From contig OZ024741.1 in assembly GCA_964016885.1 (NCBI GenBank), forward strand, positions 289,106,001-289,170,000: 64,000 nt of DNA, in the 5' to 3' direction. Shown here one piece after another: positions 54,077 through 64,000 of the stretch. Under the pieces are notes generated by a model. The model was not told where the DNA came from. It saw only the letters and a list, made by a program, of their open reading frames with translations, and ran no database searches. This DNA is from Eledone cirrhosa. Lineage: Eukaryota. Numbering within the stretch: the stretch's first letter is position 1; each line of letters begins with the position of its first letter. The position numbers were made by a program, and so were the translations under genes.

Positions 54077-54693
54077 TAATCTATAAAGCTCAGTGTGTGG
54101 TCAAGCTCCTTCGTTATAGAAATCTACGATATAGAATTTCTTCAATTGAAATTTACAATTCAGTATTCGAAATAGTTTCGATTGCGTCTTGACGCAGATA
54201 ATTTTTTCAATTTCACCCACAATTACGCAAAAAATAGATAAAACTCAATATTTTACGATTTTCCTCTGTCATTTAAACTGCTAAACTCTTTCCACTACCA
54301 TTCAAAATCTATACAACTTCATACTTTCTGCTACTTTCTCTTTCCAAGCTTGATGGTGATACTGTCCGTTCACACCACTCACTACTGTCTTAAATTTAGA
54401 AAACACACAGACAACCATGCAGAACAACTCCATCGCAGCTCTGTTGTTCGGCTGGCATCGTCTACTCGCGTGTTGCGCAAGTACTGTGAAACAATAAATT
54501 TCAACACTTTTTTGCACAGAGATAATATCCATAGGCGAAACTACAATTGTCACTGCTGGTGCAGCTCCTGCTTCCAGGTCTGCAATTCATTCACCCAGTG
54601 CCTGGCAGACAAAAAAGTGGTGCCATAAAATGGGTGGTGCAACCTAACTTTGGTAACTTAATGACCCCGAGCAACGCCGGGCTTTAATGCTAG
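54074..54693 (+). mobile_element. Non-autonomous Helitron
   Basis: 5' TC after (AT)n; 3' hairpin cccgagcaacgccggg then CTAG followed by T. Confidence 0.72.
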
Positions 54694-54718
54694 TATATAT
54701 ATATATATATATATATAT

Positions 54719-55044
54719 AGGAAAAAGTATGACCCCGACGGCAGAGCTCAAGCCGTCTGGACGGCTATTTCTGGACTAAATTAGAATTTTTAGCCTCCTA
54801 TTTCCCACTCTACTACGCAAAGTATTGAGTATTCTGGTGCGTTATGGTCCATCTGGTTCCTTACCACATTTCCTTTGTTTTATATATATATATATAAGAA
54901 CATATATATATATATAAATATATAACGAAGGAAAAGAACATATATATATATATATAAATATATAACGAAGGAAAAGTGGTAAGGAACCAGGTGGACCATA
55001 ACGCACCAAAGTACTCAATACTTAGGGTAGTAGAGTGGTTCCTA
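54719..55044. mobile_element. Rearranged PLE pseudo-LTR fragments
   Basis: Same family as 5190-5317, in both orientations, interleaved with (TA)n. Confidence 0.72.
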
Positions 55045-55091
55045 TATAAATATATATATATATATACGCACATAAGAACACACACATAAGA

Positions 55092-55152
<61 letters not shown>

Positions 55153-55659
55153 CACACATATATATGTATTTATACACATAAATGTATAGCGTATATATAT
55201 ATATATACATACACACATGCGTGTGCGTGCGTGTGCATACTCATTCAGGGAGTGAGAGAAGTAAAGAGAGAAAAAGTGAGAGAAAATACATCATCTGGCG
55301 TTGATGCCTTTCTCAATGTTATGGGAGCTGCAAATATATGAAATCAATAGACCATAATCAATATAGATTTGTTTGTTTTTAAACACAGAACCTCAGTAGA
55401 ATTTATGAAATAGCAATATAACACTAGGTTGCGAATTGGCAGATTCGTTAGAGTTTCCAATAGAAGAGTTTGGGTATTTGTTCTAGCGCTCTGAGTTCCA
55501 AACTAATCGTGGTCTACTTTACCTTTCATCCTTTCACGGTCCATGGAAAAGTATCAGTCATGTACTAGCTTCGTTTCTTCCTCGATATCTCATTCCTATT
55601 TCCTCTATCACAACGGTCCTCTACCACCGGGCCGCTTCCCGGTACCGGACCACATATAA

Positions 55660-56050
55660 ATAATGATTTCTAGTATAGGCACAAGGCCAGTAATGTGGCA
55701 GGAGAGGAAAGTCGATTAAATCGACCCCAGTACGTTACTGGTGCTTTATTTTATCGACCCCGTAAGGATGAAAAGCAAAGTTACCTCGGCGGGATTTGAA
55801 CTCAGACCATAAAGGATCGTAACTCTATGCTGCAAAGCATACCGATATCACTACCGATACTGCCAATCCACCGACCGTACATAAATAATTGTTTCTACTT
55901 TTGGCACAAGGCCAGCAATTACCAAGTGCATTACTGGTACTTTATTTTATCGACCCCGTAAAGATGAAAGGCAAAGTTAACCTCGGTTGGATTTGAACTC
56001 AGAATGGCAAACACCGTAACTCTTACGACCCTCTACCGATACTGCCAATC
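55660..56050 (-). mobile_element. Two tandem tRNA-derived SINEs
   Basis: Reverse complements of the 59937-60125 consensus. Confidence 0.78.
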
Positions 56051-57429
56051 CAAAACCTACCGGATATTTTATTTTCAAAAAATTATAGTCTGTTACACAT
56101 ATTCTCTGCCTCTCTCCTTCATTCCCTGGAAGAAATCGCCTGTGTTCAAACCTAGAAAGCAGATGGGCTCCACCAGTTTTAAAATGCCTAAGAGGTGCTG
56201 TATGTCACGACGGAACCCGTACGAGTCCACGAGGATGTACGGGTCCCATACATACACACATACATAACACTATATACTTATACTTCACATTTACAATTCA
56301 CCGCAAGAATGTTTCTATTTTCTTTGAAGGGATTCAGTTATTGATATGTGGCTATACTCGGACACGATTTTTCAAATGATATATTTTTGTTGATTTATCA
56401 AAACCAGTATAAATAGTGAAGTAATTGTTTGTTGTTCACGCAGTGGATTTTCAAAGCTATAAATAAATCGTGGAAAATACTTAAATCACTTGTTTACTTA
56501 TTTCAATATACTCATTTTATTTTATTTATAAGTTATATTTATACATTTATTTTTCATTTACTATATTTTATCCATAAAATATATTTAAAACATAATTAAA
56601 TTTTACTTTTCTTTATGGAAAAAAATTATCGATTCTTTAATTAATAATCTTATCACTGTATAATAGATTATTCGGACTTAGTTTGATATTTATCTGTGCA
56701 TTAGATTTTAAATTATAGGTTCAGCTAAATGTGAATTTAAAATATAAACTGATTATAAATATTTAGATTTTAATAATTATATATATTGAATAATTTCCAT
56801 TATAAATAATCAACTCTTTAAATACTTTTTAGCTAAATGAGAAACAACAATAAAGTATTTTGTTTGGTACAGAAGTGGTTTGTTATCTCATAGCAAATGT
56901 ATTGAAATAAATATGAAACTGAAGACTGAAGTACGAATATTTTTTCTTATAAAAAAAATGGTCATATATTTTGCAAATATATTCTACAAATATGGGTGTT
57001 AATTCTGTGGGAAACATCAGATTAAAAGAAAAAAAAGTAACACATATTCTTTCTCTTTAAAGTAAACTTTTAGCAAAGTGAGTAAACAGATTTATGGTCA
57101 AATGTGTTCCAGCAGGAAACGTCCTCTCTTTTTTAAAGTGAAGGGAAGTTAGTCGAATGTATATATTTGGTATTTCTAGCAAGACGGACGTCCACCCCAA
57201 GGCACTCTCCTTGGTAGACCTTGGTTGTCCTTGATGTTATTGTTTATCGCCCAGAGAGCAGTAACAAGGTGGACATTGATGAACGTATTTCCAGTCACTT
57301 ATGCACATTTAGATTCTTCTCCGAACACTGTGCATTCTGGTCAACAATATATGTGTATCCCACCTTTATGGACCGGAAGGTGTAATTTTAGGGATGTTTG
57401 GTTGCTATTCACAGCATGTCATGTAATCA

Positions 57430-57465
<36 letters not shown>

Positions 57466-57517
57466 ACTGTATGTGTTTTATATATACATATATATTGCTT
57501 TGTTATTTCTGTATACG

Positions 57518-57635
<118 letters not shown>

Positions 57636-57639
57636 ACAT

Positions 57640-58790
57640 CTTCGCCCTGCACAAGGTTAACCCCAGAACCACCGATGGGTTTCGGAAAAACTTAAGCTCT
57701 TTCTTCTCTAATCTAGGATTTAGTATAACTATAGAATCAAATTTGACTAAGGTCAACTTCTTAGATGTCACTCTCAACCTAGATACTTCCCTCTATTACC
57801 CGTACCACAAACCTAACGAGTCCCTTAGATATATTAATGTTAATTCAAACCACCCCCAAAACATTACTGATAACCTAGTAAAAAGCGTCTCTATTAGAAT
57901 ATCTGGCCTCTCCGCCAAAAAAGATATTTTTAACGCATCTGCCTCCTACTACAATGACGCCCTCGCCCGGATTCTGAATTTATTTTTCCGTTTTCTACCT
58001 TTACTTCGTACGAACTTTCATGTAGCTTGTATAAGATCTTTTGTAGCGCGGCGGTACCTTTAGAGTTAGCATTAGTATATATTTTTTTCGGGACTCAAAA
58101 TTATTATCTCGTACTAGTTTACTTTGCTGCACTGGGTGGTTGCTGGCCTTGTGCCCGGGATAGAAACCTTTATTATTTATTTCGTGGTAGTTTCTTTAGT
58201 ATTTTGGCCCCATTTGTTGACCCGTCACCGTATGATTTACGTACTTATACCTCTTAAAAGGGTCCTTGCCTATTCCGTCCCACATAGTTTATTTACTTAT
58301 TTCGTTATTTCTTTCTTTATTTCTTTCTTTCTTTATTTATTTATCTAGCCTAACAATAGCTAGAGACTTAGGTCGTAGAACTTGCTTTTATATTCTTTTT
58401 TCTTTACATTTATTCGCTTTTCATCACTCTCAGTATTTTTTCTTTCATATATATATTTTTACCCCTCATTGTTCTACCTACCGTTTCGACTTCCTCCCCC
58501 TCCCCCTCCCCAGTATCTTCTTTGACCTCATGCCCAGCTGTAGATGGCACTACCAACGCATGATTGGGTCTACTCCATCCCTCCCCTTTTTCTCCTACTG
58601 GCAGGTTTAGCCACCATCTCCCCTAGTAATTTGCAATCACGGAATTACTACTGACTTTTGACAATCACTTTGGCCATATATACCCCTTGAGAAGCTCGGC
58701 TATTTAAATACCAGGATAAATTTTCATTTAGTCCAGAATTAGCCATCGAAACGGCTTGAGCTCAGCCGTCGGGGTCTTACTGGTTCCTAT
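57640..58790 (+). mobile_element. Penelope-like element: RT C-terminal fragment, internal deletion, 3' UTR with HHR
   Basis: KVNFLDVTLNL...YHKPNE.LRYIN..SNHP...RISGLS; HHR at 58682-58775. Confidence 0.82.
58682..58775 (+). ncRNA. Type I hammerhead ribozyme, U3-A8 variant (second full copy)
   Basis: Same fold as 5131-5224. Confidence 0.68.
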
Positions 58791-58835
58791 ATATATATAT
58801 ATATATGGCTGTATATGTGTGTATGTGTGTGTGTA

Positions 58836-58878
<43 letters not shown>

Positions 58879-59094
58879 GTGTGTATATGTATGTGTGTAT
58901 ATATGTGTATATATGTATATGTGTGTATATGTATATGTGTATGTATATGTATGTGTACGTATATATATATATATGTATGTATATATATATATATGTATAT
59001 ATGTGTGTTTATATGTATATATATATATGTATGTGTGTATATATATGTATATATATATGTGTGTATATGTGTATATGTAGGTGTATGTATGTAC

Positions 59095-59127
<33 letters not shown>

Positions 59128-59274
59128 CACTGTATATATATATATATGTATGTATATTTATTTATTTATTTATACGTATGTGTGTGCGTATGTGTGTGTA
59201 TATTTGTGTGTACGTGTATATATGTATATGTATGTATGTGTATGTACTTGTATGTGTATATATATATATGTGTG

Positions 59275-59325
<51 letters not shown>

Positions 59326-59395
59326 TCACACACACACACATATATATAAATATATATATATATACACACATACACATATACACACATGCACACAT

Positions 59396-59451
<56 letters not shown>

Positions 59452-59544
59452 ATGTGTGCATGTGTGTATATATATATATATATATTTATATATATTTATA
59501 TATATATGTGTGTGTATATGTGTGTATGTGTGTGTGTGTATATG

Positions 59545-59577
<33 letters not shown>

Positions 59578-59936
59578 ATGTATATATATATACGCTTACA
59601 CATATACATATACATATATATACACACACACATACACAAATATATACTATATTAAATCTTTGTTGGTTTTATTCAATGAACAAATATAATTATTTCTGAG
59701 GTCAGCATATGACCTATTTTCATCCCTAAAATAATCTTTCATTCATAATATTCCTTCCATCCAAAACTGAAATCTACCTTCCTCTACCCATAAATTAAGG
59801 TTCTTTTACTACTATTTTATCATCTTGACCTTCACTATCTTTCTATTGGTCAATTCAAAACCTGTTCCCAAACAGACCTATTGTATTAAATCTTTGTTGG
59901 TTTTTTTCAATAAACAAATATTATTTCTGAAGACAG

Positions 59937-60125
59937 GGCGGTGGATTGGCAGTATCGGTAGAGGGTCGGACGCCATGCTTTCCAGCATAGTTACGTCCCT
60001 TTACGATCTGAGTTCAAATCCCGCCGAGGTTGACTTTGCCTTTCATCCTTACGGGGTCGATAAAATAAAGTACCAGTAATGCACTGGGTAATTGCTGGCC
60101 TTGTGCCAAAAGTAGAAACAATTAT
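59937..60125 (+). mobile_element. Full-length tRNA-derived SINE
   Basis: A box tggcagtatcggt, B box gagttcaaatcc, central gcctttcatccttacggggtcgataaaataaagtaccag. Confidence 0.85.
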
Positions 60126-60323
60126 TTCTGAAGACAGCATATATATGTGTAGGTATGTATATTCCCTCTGATAGTTTGTAAAAATTTTACATAGATCTAT
60201 AGGATATGCATACCAACACTAACATATATATCCTAGAAACGATCGTAAAATGATGAATTTTTTAATATAAGGAACTGTTTCTTTGTTTATTCATTATTTT
60301 ATTAATTTATATATATATATATA

Positions 60324-60396
<73 letters not shown>

Positions 60397-60490
60397 ATAT
60401 ATGTATGGATATATGTATGTACGGTGTACGTGTGTATATATATGTGTGTGTATGTGTGTATATATGTATGTTTGTATATATATGTGTATA

Positions 60491-60563
<73 letters not shown>

Positions 60564-60614
60564 ATGTATATACATACATCTATGTGTGTATAAATGTATA
60601 TATATGTGTATATG

Positions 60615-60649
<35 letters not shown>

Positions 60650-60651
60650 GT

Positions 60652-60682
<31 letters not shown>

Positions 60683-60686
60683 TGTA

Positions 60687-60721
<35 letters not shown>

Positions 60722-60732
60722 GTATGTATGTG

Positions 60733-60767
<35 letters not shown>

Positions 60768-60776
60768 GTATATGTG

Positions 60777-60845
<69 letters not shown>

Positions 60846-60847
<2 letters not shown>

Positions 60848-60942
60848 CGAAGGAAATGTGGTAAGGAACCAGGTGGACCATAACGAAGTCCAGAATTAGC
60901 CGTCGAAACGGCTTGAGCTCAGCCGTCGGGGTCTTACTTGTT

Positions 60943-60945
<3 letters not shown>
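60846..60945. mobile_element. PLE pseudo-LTR mini-fragment (minus tip joined to plus HHR 3' half)
   Basis: Same family as 5190-5317. Confidence 0.72.
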
Positions 60946-60979
<34 letters not shown>

Positions 60980-61527
60980 GTATGTGTGTGTATATATATG
61001 TATATGTATATGTGTAAGCGTGTGTGTTTATGGGTGCGCGCGAGTGTGTGAGTGAGTGTGTTCTGTGAATGTGTCTGTTGATTTTTGGCATATAGTTGAA
61101 TAGTTTAAGAGAAATTTGAGGATAATTGTAAGATATGCACTCAATATTTTGAATTTGTCTACAGAATTCTCTAAACCTTTGTTACTTAGTAGAACCTTAA
61201 AGAATTTAGCTTTTAAAGGATCTCCCTTTCATTTAAACCTATCTACCATGACTGACCCCCACTGATCTTATAGACACCTGTTAAGAGAAACTTAATAATA
61301 AGGAGTGGCCTGCCACCCTGAACCTGTTTATAGAATTCTTTCTGCCTTTGTTACTCTAAAAATAAAAATAAAAATAAAAATAAAAATAAAAATAAATTAT
61401 AGCTTTGTAGAATTAGCTTTTAATGAATTCCCTTTTCTATCAACCAATGACCTACACCCATCCCACTCCCCACCCTCTCCTACCACTTGTAGAGACCTAT
61501 AAATACCATATTTATTTTTTGATACCC

Positions 61528-61578
61528 AGATTCCTGATGATTTCTAAAGAATGAAACAGTTCTAGTCCTGTAGAATCT
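61528..61578 (+). ncRNA. Type I hammerhead ribozyme
   Basis: agattc-CTGATGA-t.ttc(taaa)gaa.t-GAAA-cag(ttctagtc)ctg-TA-gaatct; 6-bp helix I, GUA site. Confidence 0.72.
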
Positions 61579-61607
61579 CATCTATATTAAAACTATATAT
61601 ATATATA

Positions 61608-62828
61608 GAAAAACTACGCAAAGATATAAGAAAACTACTACTCGAAATAGGACTAACTATAACATATGAATACAACCTTAAAGTAGTTAACTTCCTGGAT
61701 GTCACACTCAATTTAAACTCTGGTCTGATTAAACCGTTTCATAAATTGAATGAAAATCTCAAATACGTAAATGTTGGGTCTAACCACCCCATCTCTATAA
61801 TTAAATCTATCCCTAAAAATATTTCCCTTAGAATCTCGGGTCTATCTTCTAACATACAAGTATTTAAGGAACACGCCGAATACTACGATAACGCCCTTAG
61901 TAAAGCAGGCCACCTCAACAAAATAGAGTATATAGATGGGAACAATCAAAACACCCAAAATAAATCCCACATAGGTAGATATAATAACACAACACCAAAC
62001 CACACTTACTACCATAGTATGCACACCAGTAAACCAACAAACAAAACTAATAGAAAGCGATGCAAAGAGTACTTATGGTATAACCCCGAATACAATAGTC
62101 CCATTAGTACAAATTTACCAGTACTCTTCTTTAAAATAATTAAGAGACATTTTCCTACATCACACAAATACCACAAAATCCTAAACCCTACCACTATAAG
62201 ACTGTCATACTCTACAGCGCTAAACCTTGAACAACACATAAAAAAGATCAATACTAGAAGGTTAAACGAAAACACTAAAAACTTAAGTACAAAGAACACA
62301 AAAAAAAAAACAGTAAACAATATACTACAGAACATAAATAAACCACACCTAAGTTCGTCCGCAATACTACTCCAGAGAAAACCCAACGTACACAACTGTA
62401 ACTGCACCTATCCTGACAACTGCCCCCTCGGCAATAACTGCCTGGAAAAAAATATTATTTATAAGTGTACCATTAAATCCGGAGGCAACGAGTGGTATTA
62501 CGTGGGATCAACGGCAACATCGTTTAAATCTCGATTATATAGGCATTCTTACTCAATAAAACACCAGAGCCAAAGAAATGTAACAACTTTAGCAGAAAAA
62601 GCTTGGACGCTCAGGGATAGCGATCAAAAGTTTACCCTAAAATGGGAGAAATTAGCTAAAACCCAAAGCTTTTCCAGGAGCCAACATTTCTGCAAATTGT
62701 GTAATCTTGAGATTTATTACATAATCACACACAAGAAGAAATTGCTGAATAACAGAATTGAACGAACATTATTCTGCCGTCACCGAACTAAAACCCTTTT
62801 TTCCCACTACAAGCCGAATATTACATAA
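61608..62828 (+). CDS. 5'-truncated Penelope-like element ORF: RT C-terminus/thumb plus C-terminal GIY-YIG endonuclease (open frame)
   Basis: VNFLDVTLNL, YVNVGSNHP, CNC..CPL..CL, IIYKCTI...YYVGST...FKSRLYRH, CKLCNLE, LLNNR.E...CRH. Confidence 0.9.
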   Translation, partial: EKLRKDIRKLLLEIGLTITYEYNLKVVNFLDVTLNLNSGLIKPFHKLNENLKYVNVGSNHPISIIKSIPKNISLRISGLSSNIQVFKEHAEYYDNALSKAGHLNKIEYIDGNNQNTQNKSHIGRYNNTTPNHTYYHSMHTSKPTNKTNRKRCKEYLWYNPEYNSPISTNLPVLFFKIIKRHFPTSHKYHKILNPTTIRLSYSTALNLEQHIKKINTRRLNENTKNLSTKNTKKKTVNNILQNINKPHLSSSAILLQRKPNVHNCNCTYPDNCPLGNNCLEKNIIYKCTIKSGGNEWYYVGSTATSFKSRLYRHSYSIKHQSQRNVTTLAEKAWTLRDSDQKFTLKWEKLAKTQSFSRSQHFCKLCNLEIYYIITHKKKLLNNRIERTLFCRHRTKTLFSHYKPNIT

Positions 62829-63662
62829 AAGAGGGACATCCCCCCAACTATATAAACCTCAATCTAGTTAGAAAAAATATAAAAACAATTTCTTCTCAAC
62901 ATATATATGTATATTAATAACCTCAAATTACCACACTAATAATGGAAAGATATGCTGATGAGAATAGGTGCAAAAATGCGATAATGAATGTGTCTAAAAG
63001 CGACCATAAGTATGTATATATATGTGAAAATGTATATAAATAAGTAAATATATATATATGTTTGATGTGTATAGTTAGATGTAAGTGTATTCATGTATTA
63101 AAGTGCTTGTATATGTATATATATACACATAGACTAGAGTATGTATGTATATATGTGTGTGTCTATACGTGTGTATATAAAGATAAGTTGAGTATGAAAA
63201 TGTATACACATGAACGCGTATGTATGTACATGAATACATGTGTGTATATATATATGTATGCATGTGTATATGTATGTAAGTATGAACATGTTACTATGTG
63301 AATGTGAGTATATGTATTTTGTAGAGGGGTGCAAATATGTTTGTGTGAGAATGCGTGGGTGAAAGGATACGTACACTGGAAAGAAAAAAAAAAAAAAAAA
63401 AATTTAAGTCTGAATGTTAATTAAGTGCAAACACAAAACCAACCACGCATATCTTTACTATCTCTAATCCCTCTATAGATTTAGAAAAATACCCAATAAT
63501 ATATTCTATAAAAATGTCAAAACAACAGATGGGAATCTAATTACTCACTGCCACCAAAAATTGTCACTGCTATCAAAAAACCACTCCCTCAATTATTCTT
63601 CTAACAACTTCACCCCTCTCTCCTAATATTCTCTATAAAAACCAAACAGGTCCTCAGTAATA

Positions 63663-63783
63663 TTATTCTGATGAAATGACAGTAAATAATAACATTGAAA
63701 TATTGATTGTCTGCATAACTAATACTTTGTGGATAGCAGCTGTTTTCAGGTTATGTAACTGTTATAGAAACACGTGTCAATAA
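63663..63783 (+). ncRNA. Type I hammerhead ribozyme with a long helix II
   Basis: ttatt-CTGATGA-a.atgacagt...actgttat.a-GAAA-cacgtg(palindrome)-TC-aataa; downstream of the PLE ORF. Confidence 0.72.
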
Positions 63784-64000
63784 ATTCCTTTCAACTAAAC
63801 TGTATCCATTCAAAATCTTTCTATTTTTCTCCGGATTACTTTTGGAATTACAACTGGAACCGTCGAGCAAACTTTACGTGAGCTGTCAATCTACTGTGTG
63901 TAATATTTATATTACAACACAATGGAAAATACTATATATATATTAGAAATAGAATTTTTGACTAAACAAATTTTATTCTGATAATGGGGTTTAGAACCCT

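Noticed and set aside
59937-60030. tRNA gene
   Set aside because: A and B boxes are present, but there is no cloverleaf and it continues into the SINE body in many copies.
62955-63010. CTGATGA as a hammerhead core (also at 20018 and 23566)
   Set aside because: No downstream GAAA, helix III or helix I pairing was found.

Overview
AT-rich eukaryotic DNA dominated by microsatellites, minisatellites and transposable elements. The SINE and repeat repertoire suggests a cephalopod (Octopus-like) genome, which is an inference. No host gene can be identified with confidence; there are only a few weak exon candidates. Content: two tandem L1/Tx1-clade LINEs (42.7-53.8 kb), several RTE-type LINE fragments (one 5'-inverted), an R4/Dong-like RLE 3' fragment, two Penelope-like element (PLE) RT/GIY-YIG fragments, two non-autonomous Helitrons, a hAT MITE, many tRNA-derived SINEs and about 9 kb of G-rich minisatellite. 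The most notable hidden layer is catalytic RNA. Eight complete type I hammerhead ribozyme (HHR) folds from about six sequence families were found by hand, plus several 3' halves. They include a U3-A8 core variant and a non-coding 1.9 kb unit bracketed by two HHR-bearing direct repeats (retrozyme-like). A 610 bp non-autonomous RTE derivative starts precisely at a candidate HDV-like fold. All folds were paired by eye and are untested.
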